A stretch of DNA of 23,765 nt from an uncultured virus (IMG/VR IMGVR_UViG_3300032288_000917) (Duplodnaviria; Heunggongvirae; Uroviricota; Caudoviricetes), in IMG/VR virus record IMGVR_UViG_3300032288_000917; one strand, 5' to 3'. Of the stretch, positions 8,201 through 18,021 are shown in pieces. How positions within the stretch are numbered: the stretch's first letter is position 1; each line of letters starts with the position of its first letter. The notes below the pieces were generated by a model, which saw nothing but the letters and a program-made list of their open reading frames with translations, was not told where the DNA came from and made no database searches. The translations under genes were made by a program, and so were the position numbers.

Positions 8201-10720
8201 TTATTCTTTTTTCCAAAGGAATGCTGTTGATGACTCAACTAATCTAAATGTAGCAGTTTCTCCAGCTGCTAATGTGTAAGTTCCAGAAACAGTAGCAGCT
8301 GCAATATTAGCACCTAGTCCAGCATCTACTGTAATAGTAGAAGCCCCAGCTCCTACGTCAGAAACAATAAATTTATTTCCTTTTACTACTGCAGTTCTAC
8401 CAGATGAAGAAGGAAAAGGTCCAACTCCAGTAAATGTTTTAGAAACTCTATAAAAACCTGTTCCACCTGTAGCGCCTACTCCAAATGCTACAATTATAGT
8501 TCCTCGTGGAACATTAGCAGCAATTAACTCTTGCCCTAATTGAATAGTACCAGAAGTCATAGCAGTAACATTTATTATATTATAAGCACTATATGCAAAC
8601 GTAAATACAGCAGATGTAGGTAAGTTTACAATAGTAGCTCCAGTCCCAGCAGCACCTACTATAAGATTTACAGGTTTTGTAGTAAGGTTAGTTGTACTTC
8701 CATAGTTTACACTTTGTAATGGAGGTGCGCTAAGTAACACATCACTTTGCATTACAATACCTTCTATAGTCTGACTGTTACCTGTAAAATACAAAGTACT
8801 ATCAACAACTTTAGAATTTTTTATAGCGCAATTAGTAAAGTTATTTAAATAAATAAATCCTCCTTGAATATCAGAACCTGTAAAATCTGTAAATAAGTTT
8901 GCATCTACAGTACCTTTATCAATAAAAGGTACATCTACATAATTAGTATTATTCCAAGATTTAATATAACATTGACTTGTAGTTCCAAATATTACTGGAG
9001 AAAGAGTGTCTACTCTTTCTGGATTATACACTGTATTTATTAATCGTATTTTACCTCCTGATAAAGAAGCAAAAAGATCTTGCCCATCTATATTTTCATC
9101 AGTTCTTTGAATAATACAGTTTATAACAGTAAGCAATCCTCCATTTTCACAATGAAATATACCATCTGTCTTACCAAAAGCAGATCCTGTAGAAACTATA
9201 GTCGTTCCTTCTATAGTGAGGTTTGCATAACCGTTAACTACAATACAATCTGAATCACTTTCTATTCTTTTTATATTAGCGTAAAAAGTACCATCACCAT
9301 ACGTCCAAAAACACCAACCGTCACCAGACTTTAAAAAATTTATATTAAAATAACCTACATCACTTGCTGAACTTTCGTCTACATAAATACATAATCCTTT
9401 GTTAGTAGGTGAGTTATTTAAAATTTTATCTGCAGTCAATGAAATTTTTTGAAAGTATATATAAAAGATAGGACCACTATCAGCATTAAGAGCATCATCT
9501 GCTATAATCTCTGTAACACTAGCAGTAAGTTGAGCATATTGTCCTCCTATACAGCAATTAAATCCAGAAGCTACAGATTTTTTACGAATTAAATTAGCTT
9601 TTACATCTAAAATAGGAACTATCGCTCCAACATAACTTGGTAAAACAGCTGTACCTTGGCTACCATTTAAATATATAACACAGTCTTCTGCTAATATTTG
9701 ATCAGCTACAAACTTTACATTACTAGCTTTTGATAATTTTAAAACTCCTTTTTTAAAACCTCTTTCAGCAAGAGGTAAGGTTAAATCAGTTCTTGTACTA
9801 CCTCTACCTTCAAATGTCCAACCTGGAGCATTGATAAAGCAAGTTACTGATGTAGTAACAGCTGAAGTATCATCAAATAAAGGTTTCTGTACTGCTAATG
9901 CTAATCTTAATAGACCAGTTCCTAAAAAATTAAAGTTAATCCCATCACGTAAAGTCAAACCATCAGGCATTTCATATGTACCAGGAAATACTACTACAGT
10001 ATCTCCAGTTAATGCTGCAGCTAATCCTGCATTAATGGTAAGATAGGGAAGACCTAAGTTATTACGTTGACCTGTAGAATCACTCCCAGTAGGAGAAACA
10101 TATACAGCATTACCTGCTACTACTGAACCTACACCAGCTGGGCCTTGAGGTCCGACAAGTCCTTGTATACCTTGTATACCTTGAGGTCCTTGAGGACCTT
10201 GTAATCCTACAGGACCTTGTACACCTTGTGGCCCAGTATTACCTGTAGCACCTGTTGCTCCAATTGGACCTTGTGGTCCTGTAGCTCCTTGAGCTGCAAG
10301 TAAAGCCCAGTGTACAGTATCTACTGCAGGAGTAGTATTAGCAGGGTTTCCTGCAATAGCTAAAATGCAAAAATAAGATGAGCCGTTATATGCTACTGCA
10401 TCATCAGCTATATAAGAAGTAGCAGGTGCCCAACTACCTTTCCAATCTAAACCTGCAGGACCAATAGGACCCGCAGCACCAGTTGCACCTTGTGGACCAG
10501 TTGGGCCAATAGCTCCAGCAGCTCCAGCAGAACCTGTTGCACCCTGTGCACCAGCAGGACCTTGTGGTCCAGTAGGACCTTGAGGACCAGCTATTCCACC
10601 TTGTTGTGCAATAGTATTTAGTTCCTCAATAACAACATTAAGATTACCTAATTGAGCAATACCCGCATCATCAAAAGTCTGAATGTCTTCTTTGGCTCTG
10701 ACTCTGGTATACTTCTCCAT
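8201..10720 (-). CDS. Collagen-stalked tail spike/fibre with CBM5/12-like insert and pectin-lyase-like beta-helix (putative depolymerase), 839 aa
   Basis: Two Gly-X-Y runs, a [17 protein letters not shown] module, and the beta-helix cap motif VYVSPTGSD...PYLTI...[11 protein letters not shown]. Confidence 0.75.
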   Translation of the reverse strand: MEKYTRVRAKEDIQTFDDAGIAQLGNLNVVIEELNTIAQQGGIAGPQGPTGPQGPAGAQGATGSAGAAGAIGPTGPQGATGAAGPIGPAGLDWKGSWAPATSYIADDAVAYNGSSYFCILAIAGNPANTTPAVDTVHWALLAAQGATGPQGPIGATGATGNTGPQGVQGPVGLQGPQGPQGIQGIQGLVGPQGPAGVGSVVAGNAVYVSPTGSDSTGQRNNLGLPYLTINAGLAAALTGDTVVVFPGTYEMPDGLTLRDGINFNFLGTGLLRLALAVQKPLFDDTSAVTTSVTCFINAPGWTFEGRGSTRTDLTLPLAERGFKKGVLKLSKASNVKFVADQILAEDCVIYLNGSQGTAVLPSYVGAIVPILDVKANLIRKKSVASGFNCCIGGQYAQLTASVTEIIADDALNADSGPIFYIYFQKISLTADKILNNSPTNKGLCIYVDESSASDVGYFNINFLKSGDGWCFWTYGDGTFYANIKRIESDSDCIVVNGYANLTIEGTTIVSTGSAFGKTDGIFHCENGGLLTVINCIIQRTDENIDGQDLFASLSGGKIRLINTVYNPERVDTLSPVIFGTTSQCYIKSWNNTNYVDVPFIDKGTVDANLFTDFTGSDIQGGFIYLNNFTNCAIKNSKVVDSTLYFTGNSQTIEGIVMQSDVLLSAPPLQSVNYGSTTNLTTKPVNLIVGAAGTGATIVNLPTSAVFTFAYSAYNIINVTAMTSGTIQLGQELIAANVPRGTIIVAFGVGATGGTGFYRVSKTFTGVGPFPSSSGRTAVVKGNKFIVSDVGAGASTITVDAGLGANIAAATVSGTYTLAAGETATFRLVESSTAFLWKKE
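10127..10597 (-). repeat. Collagen-like (Gly-X-Y) repeats: 16 triplets (10597-10454) and 18 triplets (10288-10127) separated by a ~54 aa globular module
   Basis: Counted directly from the translation. Confidence 0.95.
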
Positions 10721-13140
10721 TATTTATCGTATTTATTCTTGTTAGTTTTGGCAACCTTTAATGCTGTATCAGCTTTCATCTTTTCAATCTTTTCTTTAGA
10801 TTGAATCTCTTTCTCTTTAATGTTCAGCTCTTTAGCTTTAGTAACCTTATCAGCTTGAAGCTTAAGGTTCTCAATAAAGTTCTTAGAGTCAAGCTCTCTT
10901 TGTTTTAAAGCTTGTGCTCCTATTTCAAGAGGATCAGGAATAAGATTCTCATTTACATCAAGATCCATCTGCCTGTTGTAGGTAGCAATCTGTGCAACTT
11001 GAATCTTAGTTTCATTAGTAGTATCAGCAATATACTGCTTAAGCTGCATATCTTCTACATGCATCTGTTGTTGTGCAGCTATCTTCTGCTGTTCAATCTG
11101 AGATACTTGCTCTTGTTGAGCTTGCATCTGCTGCTGCTTATCTTCATAATATTTAGACAGAGTAGCACGAATCTCAGATACTGACTCAGTAGTATATATA
11201 TCTGCAATCTGATGGAAAGCCATTTGGTCATTCTGAAGAGCAAACTTCATATGTTCCTTCATAGCTTGGAATACTTCCATATCTTTGTTCTCATCAGTTA
11301 CAAACACTCCGTAATCTGCATTATTGAACTCCATACCATCAAGCTGGAAAAGTACAGTCTGTAAATCATCAGTAACATACTGAAGGGCTTTACTTTTATC
11401 CTTATAAACATCTTTTGCCACTTCAAGCATAGCTTCACATACGTCAAGCTTAGTCAAAGTGTGCATTCTAAACAGATCTTCTGTTACAAGGCTAGACTGT
11501 GTAATACTTCTTTCAACATTGCCCACGAGCTCTTGATTAGAGATAGCTCCAAGACGCTGTGGAGGTACACCTGCTGTATTTTGGATTTTTCGTTCAATTT
11601 CTTGTAGGAGTTGAATGTTAAACTGAATGTAATTACCCATCTCAAGGTTAAGCTCCTTGTTTTGGGTAGACATATTCTGGTTAATACCCATACGCTTGTT
11701 ACCCTCATTAAGAGAATTAACAAAGCCTATACGCATTGCACGGGCATAATACATCCACTTATCAATTTCCCATCCATCAGGAATCATGGATACATCTACA
11801 AGTGCAATCTTACCCATGTTGGTAGCTAAGGCTAGCTCAGTATCATACCAAAGGATGAAATAAAGGTATACCCAAGGTACAAGCCTATCCATAAGACTAG
11901 TACTTTGAGTATTAGTAGCAGAGCACATACGTCCAAAGTAACCTGACTTACACTTAGACAGGTTATCCATATTCCTGAACTGCTGAGGTCTCCTACGAAT
12001 TGTAGGTTCAATGTACATATCCATACCAATACGTACACCTTCCCAATACTCAGATACCCAATACCATTCTACTCTCTGTTGTGGGTCTTTTTTATCCCAT
12101 TTCCAATCCTCATCTACAGTAAAGCTTTGCTCTTCTCCAGTCTGAGGGTCAATATAATAGAATGTACCTATCTTACGAAAAGACTTCCAGCGTACTCTGT
12201 ACACAGGAATCCTATCAATAAAGCTTTCTTGGTTTTGAAAGTGATAGATAGTCTCAACTTCTTTAATAGTCAAAGGATTGATTACCTGATTACCTGGAAT
12301 ACCACTAGGATAGTAGTTCTCAAGTTCATCAATCTGGTCAGGAGTCAATAATTCATAAAACTCATCAATAATTTGATTGACAGTTAGGTAATTCTCTTCA
12401 AGAATCTGATCACATTCTTCAATAGAATCATTGTTCTCACCAATCTTAAAGAAAAGCTGCAAGGGGTTAACCCTTTTCACAGACACTTCGCCTGCTACTT
12501 CTTCAACTCTATAAAACTCCTCGCCTGCAATCAGCCAGTCCTTCCATCCTGTGGCAAAGACATCTTTTAAACGGAATTTTTTCTTGTAGTACGAAAGAAA
12601 TTTCTCAGCTGTAAGTTCACGCATGTCTTTTGCAGACATCTGCGCTGCTTTAAGAACTTCTTCAGGAGGAGGTTGAGGGTTATTAGGATCTTGTTCCACC
12701 CCTTGCATGAGGTATTGGAACAACGCCTGGACGATAAGTTCTTTAGTTCTTTCCTCTTTTTCAGTGATTGCTGTCTCATTGACTACCCGTACTATAGGAT
12801 TAAAAAATCTCTTATGCTCTTCACCAAAAAGAACATTAAAAATCGGGTATAAGACGTCGTAAGGCTGTAATGTAGCTGGAAGCTGAAACTTGTTAGGCTG
12901 GTTCTTCCCTAAATTAAAAGGATTAGTGATATGCTCAAAGTGAGTAATATCAATCTTATTATTTATAAGATCATAATTCCTCTTTCTCTCTGTAACAGAC
13001 CTTCTCCTTTGAGAATCCTTACCCTTGGTAGAGGCTATAATAGCATCTACACACTTATGTTTCCATTCAAGTGTTTCTTTCACTGAACGGGCAACTTTCT
13101 GCCTGGGTAGTATTACCCTATCTTGATATACAACTTCCAT
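10720..13140 (-). CDS. Portal protein (crAss-like type), 806 aa
   Basis: Immediately downstream of TerL. Size and motifs (WKHKCVD, L.GEE.KR, DWLIAGEE, W.WV.E.WEG.RIG, GVPPQRLG, Q-rich coiled-coil C-terminus) match my recollection of Crassvirales portals. Confidence 0.9.
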   Translation of the reverse strand: MEVVYQDRVILPRQKVARSVKETLEWKHKCVDAIIASTKGKDSQRRRSVTERKRNYDLINNKIDITHFEHITNPFNLGKNQPNKFQLPATLQPYDVLYPIFNVLFGEEHKRFFNPIVRVVNETAITEKEERTKELIVQALFQYLMQGVEQDPNNPQPPPEEVLKAAQMSAKDMRELTAEKFLSYYKKKFRLKDVFATGWKDWLIAGEEFYRVEEVAGEVSVKRVNPLQLFFKIGENNDSIEECDQILEENYLTVNQIIDEFYELLTPDQIDELENYYPSGIPGNQVINPLTIKEVETIYHFQNQESFIDRIPVYRVRWKSFRKIGTFYYIDPQTGEEQSFTVDEDWKWDKKDPQQRVEWYWVSEYWEGVRIGMDMYIEPTIRRRPQQFRNMDNLSKCKSGYFGRMCSATNTQSTSLMDRLVPWVYLYFILWYDTELALATNMGKIALVDVSMIPDGWEIDKWMYYARAMRIGFVNSLNEGNKRMGINQNMSTQNKELNLEMGNYIQFNIQLLQEIERKIQNTAGVPPQRLGAISNQELVGNVERSITQSSLVTEDLFRMHTLTKLDVCEAMLEVAKDVYKDKSKALQYVTDDLQTVLFQLDGMEFNNADYGVFVTDENKDMEVFQAMKEHMKFALQNDQMAFHQIADIYTTESVSEIRATLSKYYEDKQQQMQAQQEQVSQIEQQKIAAQQQMHVEDMQLKQYIADTTNETKIQVAQIATYNRQMDLDVNENLIPDPLEIGAQALKQRELDSKNFIENLKLQADKVTKAKELNIKEKEIQSKEKIEKMKADTALKVAKTNKNKYDK

Positions 13141-13163
13141 GAAGCTCTAATTAACCCAATTTA

Positions 13164-13195
13164 CAAAAGTACTTTTTTAAGTATGGATTAACCAA
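13164..13195 (-). promoter_or_regulatory. Bacteroidota housekeeping-type promoter for the portal/fibre operon
   Basis: Minus strand TTG (13195-13193), N21, TACTTTTG (13171-13164) in the 59-nt TerL-portal gap; matches TAnnTTTG. Confidence 0.6.
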
Positions 13196-13199
13196 TAGT

Positions 13200-15275
13200 T
13201 TACATGAAAAATTGTCCCTTCCCTATAGCAATTTTTTTATTTGAGGTAATACCATTGTGGAAAAATTCATGGTCCAAGAAGGTTTTTACCTTCTCTTCTA
13301 CCTGTACTTCATACTTACGCATCTCTTCCTTTTGATAAAGTGCTAGCATTAAAGCCATTACACGGTCAAAGTTACCATCAGGATTATATAAAATCAACTC
13401 TTTAAGCAAAGGTACGCATCTAATCTTATGTGAAACCTTAACATCACCCTCATATGTTCTTCTAAGCCAGCTGTTAATCAACCCTTCGCCATACCTTTTG
13501 ATTTCCATAGGCATGTGCATACCATAACCTCTGTCTACAGTACTAGATGCTACTACATCTTTTACCAGTTTAGGTTGCTTAGCAAGTAAATAAAGGGCTC
13601 CACATGACTCAAAGTAGGTAAACACACCTTTTTTCTCATTTTCATACAAGGCCAAAGCATTATAGTAAACAAGTAATCTTCTACAATTCTCATAAAAGTC
13701 ATTTGCCGTCTCAGGCCTTCCGCTATATTCAGCTACTATTCTATTTGTCAGATTATCTAGCAGGATGATAGAACCCAAAGACCCAGAATTAGACTTATCA
13801 TGGTCATAAGGGTCAATACCTGCGATGTAACGTCCCCAAGGTATATGGCCTTCATCAGACTTAATTGGATGTTCATATATAACAACTGAGCCTTCTGTAT
13901 TAGCTTCTGCTTTAAGTGGGAAATCATATATAGGTCTGTTTTTAGCATTATTCCTCCACTCAACTTCTCCCTCAGGTGTAATAGCTATATCTCCTACCCA
14001 GTCTGCATCTGCAAGTTTAGTAGTCTCAATATGTGCAAGAGTATATTGTAGATCTTTAAGAGGGAATATATTATTAGTCTTAGAAAGAAATACCTCACTA
14101 GGTACAATCGGATTATACACTACATACTCATCATATGCAGACGCATCCTTAGCAAGCTTCTTCTTCTCTCTCTGATCTTCTTCTCCAGCTTTAGCTAATG
14201 AAAAGTTCGTATTACCAAACTCATCCTTATAATTAATCTTGGTATAAGTAGCAGGAAAGAATAAAGCTATCTTTCCTCTGTTCTCATAAATATCCTCAAA
14301 TACCAGACAATCATACGCCTCTGGGTCGTAGAACATCTTTTGAGCTGCGAGGGTGCCACCGCCAACCATGTCACCACCAGTACCAATATACAAAGTGGAA
14401 CCAAATTTATAATTATTAAGGCGTTGAGTATTTTCGTCAGCAAAGTGTGACTCAATAAGATTTTCCCAAAGACCAATTTCTTCTCCTATTTTAACTGTAT
14501 TACGACCACCCACACCTGCAAGTGGTTTATCCTTGTAAACCCTAGGCTTAAAGCAACTTCTGGTACCTACCATTTGCCATTTACCACCTACCTTTTTCTT
14601 GTAGTAGTTCTCTGCTTTCTTACCAATAGCCCAAGTTCCTGCCAAAGTCTTAAGAAATGGTGCTGGATAGTATACACCATTGACTTCCATACCACCAGGA
14701 TAATTATTAAGTACGTCTTGAATCTTTGTAATAAGGTCATTAACATAAGGCGAGTTATAAGCAGACAATAAAATCTCTGCAGTTTCTTTTGGTACCTCTC
14801 CAGGAGTATACTCTTTCTGCCCGTCTGTCAAATACTCATGAGCTGCTACATTAGCTCCCCAATAAGACTTACCCCAACCACGAGGACCCAAGACAAGCAA
14901 ATTCTGAGCCTCATTATTATACAAAGGTTTACCTAAATCTTCTTTCTGCTTCTGCCTAAGGAAAGACCTAATATCATCTACATCTCCTACCTTCTCAAAG
15001 CCAGACAATCCTCTAGCTTCAATCCAATAGTAAGCTAAGTCCCAAACATAATCTAGATCCCAAGGCCTATCCTTCTTTCTACTTTTCTTGTCTCCAAGAA
15101 CTATAGTAGCATAGTTAATGTAATGATATAACTGGGGAGGGCACCATACTCCATTTATCCAAACACCTTCAATAACCTTCTTTTTTTCAGACCTCCAGAA
15201 ATCCAGATAGCCCTGACTAAGAGGGTGCAGTTTAGGTACAGATGGTAATGCAAATGCCTTCCTATTGTCCCACAT
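13200..15275 (-). CDS. terL: Terminase large subunit, 691 aa
   Basis: Walker A-like GPRGWGKS, Walker B-like KIGEEIG, YIGTGG motif, RNase H-like nuclease YIAGIDPYD...YENE...NFDRVMA; adjacent to the portal. Confidence 0.95.
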   Translation of the reverse strand: MWDNRKAFALPSVPKLHPLSQGYLDFWRSEKKKVIEGVWINGVWCPPQLYHYINYATIVLGDKKSRKKDRPWDLDYVWDLAYYWIEARGLSGFEKVGDVDDIRSFLRQKQKEDLGKPLYNNEAQNLLVLGPRGWGKSYWGANVAAHEYLTDGQKEYTPGEVPKETAEILLSAYNSPYVNDLITKIQDVLNNYPGGMEVNGVYYPAPFLKTLAGTWAIGKKAENYYKKKVGGKWQMVGTRSCFKPRVYKDKPLAGVGGRNTVKIGEEIGLWENLIESHFADENTQRLNNYKFGSTLYIGTGGDMVGGGTLAAQKMFYDPEAYDCLVFEDIYENRGKIALFFPATYTKINYKDEFGNTNFSLAKAGEEDQREKKKLAKDASAYDEYVVYNPIVPSEVFLSKTNNIFPLKDLQYTLAHIETTKLADADWVGDIAITPEGEVEWRNNAKNRPIYDFPLKAEANTEGSVVIYEHPIKSDEGHIPWGRYIAGIDPYDHDKSNSGSLGSIILLDNLTNRIVAEYSGRPETANDFYENCRRLLVYYNALALYENEKKGVFTYFESCGALYLLAKQPKLVKDVVASSTVDRGYGMHMPMEIKRYGEGLINSWLRRTYEGDVKVSHKIRCVPLLKELILYNPDGNFDRVMALMLALYQKEEMRKYEVQVEEKVKTFLDHEFFHNGITSNKKIAIGKGQFFM

Positions 15276-15799
15276 TATATCTCTCCTTTTTCAGTAAGAC
15301 TTTCCATAGCTCCACCAAGCATAGTACCTGCTTCACCATCTTGTACAAGTCTTGACATAATCTCTTCATATTCTGCATATAGCTTAGAGTTAGACAAAAG
15401 CCTTTTCTCAATCTCATCAGCAGTCTCTGCAGAATACTTTAAAGTCTTCATGTACTCAGTCTTTTCATTCATAAGCCTTTCCCATTCAGACATCTGCTTC
15501 ATAGGTACAGACTTGTACCTTTCCCAGTCCTTAATATACTTATCAAGCTGAGACCAGTCAAAAGATTCCTCCTTCAACACATCTTCAGCTATAAGCTTCT
15601 TTCTTTCAGGTTCAGATAAAGGCCTATACTTAGACTCAAAGTCAGCATAAAAAGCCACTGCCCACATAAGTTTGCTAGAGTGGGATTTATTCTTAGACTT
15701 GTCCTCTATATAAAGCTTATTATACAGGGCAGGGGCTTTAAGCTGTGGATTTACTTCCCAAAAGTTTGCTAGTAAATCCCATGAATCTATTACTTTCAT
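15275..15799 (-). CDS. Helical phage protein, putative terminase small subunit (positional call), 174 aa
   Basis: Coupled (TAATG) directly upstream of terL; helical, charged composition. Function inferred from position only. Confidence 0.5.
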   Translation of the reverse strand: MKVIDSWDLLANFWEVNPQLKAPALYNKLYIEDKSKNKSHSSKLMWAVAFYADFESKYRPLSEPERKKLIAEDVLKEESFDWSQLDKYIKDWERYKSVPMKQMSEWERLMNEKTEYMKTLKYSAETADEIEKRLLSNSKLYAEYEEIMSRLVQDGEAGTMLGGAMESLTEKGEI

Positions 15800-16026
15800 C
15801 TTAGAGTAAGATCTTCTTTAGGTTCAGGTAAACCATTAGTACGTACAAGAATATAATCAAAGTTTAAAGCTTTAATCTTCTTAACAGCTCTCCTAAGATT
15901 TACATCACTAGCATATCCTTTATCAGAATATGCTATGACATTGTTCTTCCTACCTAATAGTCTCCAGAACCATAGTTTACTACTCATACTTTGAAAGTAA
16001 TACAAAGTATAACCTTTCTTAACCAT
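15796..16026 (-). CDS. YegP/DUF1508-like small protein, 76 aa
   Basis: WFWRLLGRKNNVIAYSDKGYASDVNLRRAVKKIK resembles the DUF1508 pattern W.WRL...N..IIA.SE.Y.......AI..VK. Confidence 0.65.
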   Translation of the reverse strand: MVKKGYTLYYFQSMSSKLWFWRLLGRKNNVIAYSDKGYASDVNLRRAVKKIKALNFDYILVRTNGLPEPKEDLTLR

Positions 16027-16027
16027 T

Positions 16028-16459
16028 TTATTGTAAGTTTTCCAGCTTGTAAATAGTAGTATAGAACAGAGCTACAATCTCATCTACTTGATTCTGTACA
16101 TAAGTCTCAGAACAAATAGCTTTACGCTCAGTCTCTACATAGCTAAGACACTTCTTTACATAAGTAAGTGCGTTACCTACATTACTATCTACAGAATGAG
16201 AATAATCATACTTCAGGATTCCATACTTACCCTGAATAGATTCTGCGAGAGCATCCACCATGTCAGGCAAAGCATCATAAAGACCACCAAGTGCCATATG
16301 CATAGCAAAAGCACCTGCACCTTTTGTGCACAAATGATAAACATGGACTTGCATACTGCAGCCCAATAAATAAGAAATAAATTCACCTTCTTTAGAAGAT
16401 TTAGACCCCATAGATTTGGGAGGTTTTGGTAGGTTCATAATATTATAAGCGTTAGCCAT
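16028..16459 (-). CDS. Ferritin/Dps-like four-helix protein (phage DUF5856-like), 143 aa
   Basis: HVYHL...H.AL..LYD......D.LAE..QG and C-terminal N..DEI......T.YKL metal-ligand pattern. Confidence 0.8.
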   Translation of the reverse strand: MANAYNIMNLPKPPKSMGSKSSKEGEFISYLLGCSMQVHVYHLCTKGAGAFAMHMALGGLYDALPDMVDALAESIQGKYGILKYDYSHSVDSNVGNALTYVKKCLSYVETERKAICSETYVQNQVDEIVALFYTTIYKLENLQ

Positions 16460-16460
16460 T

Positions 16461-16838
16461 TTAGTTTAAAATAGATTTAGCACTGTCTTTAATAGCTTGC
16501 TTGTACTCCAACTCATCCTTAATGTAATTCATATCTACTTTCATGAGTACATCAAAGTCACGAATAAGAGCAAACTTCCTATTATACATTTTAAAAATAT
16601 CTACGTTCATTGGACGCAAAGAAACCCAGTCACCAATTTCTATGCCCTGTACTTTATCTCCTGTACTAATAACAGGGTGAGCAATAGATTTAGTTTCTTC
16701 AGAACTAACAGGTAGAAAAATCCCACCTGAGGTCTTAAGGTTCTCTACAAATTCAATAAGCATATGGTCACTCATAGGAGTAAAGTGCTTACGCATTTTT
16801 TCGTGGATTTCCACGGTTACTTGATCTTGGTTTGACAT
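16461..16838 (-). CDS. groES: GroES/Cpn10-like co-chaperonin, ~125 aa (start uncertain: 16838 preferred, 16892 possible)
   Basis: PMSDHMLIE...KTSGGIFLP mobile loop, VISTG...IEIGDWV, LIRDFDVL. Confidence 0.85.
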   Translation of the reverse strand: MSNQDQVTVEIHEKMRKHFTPMSDHMLIEFVENLKTSGGIFLPVSSEETKSIAHPVISTGDKVQGIEIGDWVSLRPMNVDIFKMYNRKFALIRDFDVLMKVDMNYIKDELEYKQAIKDSAKSILN

Positions 16839-17184
16839 TATTTTTAGGTTTTGTTTTACACTTTTTAACTTTTGGCTTAGAGACCCTACCATAGAACCTC
16901 TGTTTAAAGCCTGTCACTCTTATAGTACCATCCATCTTTAAATGAACCATTTCATCATAAGGCTCCTGTAATACCATCCAGCCTATATCTTCATGAAATA
17001 TCCTACATCTTGAAAGATCAATAATACCCTTATCTGTAAAAAAATTATCTACTAGCTTGACGTCAGACAAATGCATTACAGTAACACCTTTCACATTCCT
17101 GCGAATGATTTTATCCTTCTCTCCAGTAAGATGCGTAATGTACCTTACCTGAATAGTCCCACCACCTAGTTTTACAATGGCCAT
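16789..17184 (-). CDS. Hypothetical protein with Lys-rich C-terminal tail, 131 aa
   Basis: ORF in operon position, overlapping both neighbours; no recognised family. Confidence 0.65.
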   Translation of the reverse strand: MAIVKLGGGTIQVRYITHLTGEKDKIIRRNVKGVTVMHLSDVKLVDNFFTDKGIIDLSRCRIFHEDIGWMVLQEPYDEMVHLKMDGTIRVTGFKQRFYGRVSKPKVKKCKTKPKNNVKPRSSNRGNPRKNA

Positions 17185-17420
17185 TTGTCTTTAGGGCATT
17201 TACCGTTTTGAGTCCTAGCCTTAGCTTCCAATACACATCCACAATCTCTACACCTACTACCTAAATTAACATTAGGTTTAGTAGTATTAGATACACAATC
17301 CTTACATACCATCAGCCTCTTCAAAGCCTTCTCCTCTATCTCCTGATCCCTTACTATCAGGTTGCTCCACCCTTCCACTATATCTGGAAAGCTGTTGAAC
17401 ATATCTTTCAGTGTTGACAT
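17172..17420 (-). CDS. Cys-rich metal-binding protein (DUF6171-like), 82 aa
   Basis: RL.VC..C...C..CGC....K......CP..KW motif. Confidence 0.75.
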   Translation of the reverse strand: MSTLKDMFNSFPDIVEGWSNLIVRDQEIEEKALKRLMVCKDCVSNTTKPNVNLGSRCRDCGCVLEAKARTQNGKCPKDKWPL

Positions 17421-17607
17421 ACTTTAACTTTCTTAACGGTACAACAAATTTTCCCATTTTAGGAACCATAATATTATGCCCCTTTTCTTCACGCATAGTA
17501 CTTACAATCATCTCAAAGACAGACCTAAACGCCAGTTCTACATCCTTTTTAGAAATTCCTGATTTCCTAGCCACATCCTCATATACTTCCTTCAGCTCTA
17601 ACTTCAT
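17302..17607 (-). CDS. HU/IHF-like DNA-binding protein, 101 aa
   Basis: VARKSGISKKDVE...FEMIVSTM...IMVPKMGKF matches the HU/IHF fold signature; ATGA overlap with the upstream gene. Confidence 0.8.
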   Translation of the reverse strand: MKLELKEVYEDVARKSGISKKDVELAFRSVFEMIVSTMREEKGHNIMVPKMGKFVVPLRKLKYVNTERYVQQLSRYSGRVEQPDSKGSGDRGEGFEEADGM

Positions 17608-17954
17608 TTCTCAAACTCAAATGCTACAAATAACCTAAACTTTCCATCCTTAGGATAATTAGTCAGCTTAGGGTTTAACCCATTAGGCTCTATAAGTCCC
17701 TTATCTTTTAATCCTTGCAGCAACTTCTCAAATAACCTAGCATTAATCTTCATCTTCTTACGAATAGCCTCCAAAGTGTTCTTTGAAAGTAAGTATTCCT
17801 CTAGCACATGAGTAGGATAATCCTTATGTGCAAAGTGCAAAGTCAATAAAGCAGCTAGTATATCAATCTCTCCCTTACTAAGATGTAGTACAGGATTTAG
17901 CCAATTTAAATAAGTCACAAAGAACTTATTTCTAGGCGTTTTGATAGTTATCAT
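17604..17954 (-). CDS. Winged-helix-like phage protein, 116 aa; probably leaderless
   Basis: LSKGEIDILAALL...IRKKMKI....FEKLLQGLKDKGLI resembles MarR-type wHTH; ATG is 4 nt from the promoter -7 box. Confidence 0.6.
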   Translation of the reverse strand: MITIKTPRNKFFVTYLNWLNPVLHLSKGEIDILAALLTLHFAHKDYPTHVLEEYLLSKNTLEAIRKKMKINARLFEKLLQGLKDKGLIEPNGLNPKLTNYPKDGKFRLFVAFEFEK

Positions 17955-17958
17955 GCAC

Positions 17959-17990
17959 CAAATATAAAGGACTTCCTACATTAAAACAAA
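17959..17990 (-). promoter_or_regulatory. Consensus Bacteroidota promoter for the late/packaging operon
   Basis: TTTG (17990-17987), N20, TATATTTG (17966-17959). Confidence 0.85.
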
Positions 17991-18021
17991 AGAAAAAGCC
18001 CAACTCATTGAGAGTCAGGCT
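17987..18021 (-). terminator. Intrinsic terminator ending the non-coding transcript
   Basis: Minus strand AGCCTGACTC-TCAAT-GAGTTGGGCT (10 bp with 2 G-U) followed by TTTTCTTTTG. Confidence 0.8.

Noticed and set aside
119..10720. Diversity-generating retroelement acting on fibre genes
   Set aside because: No reverse transcriptase and no TR/VR pair differing at adenines noticed in the window.
13200..15275. Intron or intein in terL
   Set aside because: Single continuous 691 aa ORF with no intein or LAGLIDADG motifs seen.
111..17638. Plus-strand ORFs antisense to the late operon (e.g. 356..733, 1995..2405, 10912..11184, 16088..16369) and short out-of-frame minus ORFs inside portal, terL and the 425 aa gene
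   Set aside because: They lie within well-supported genes and have no recognisable motifs; they are shadow ORFs.
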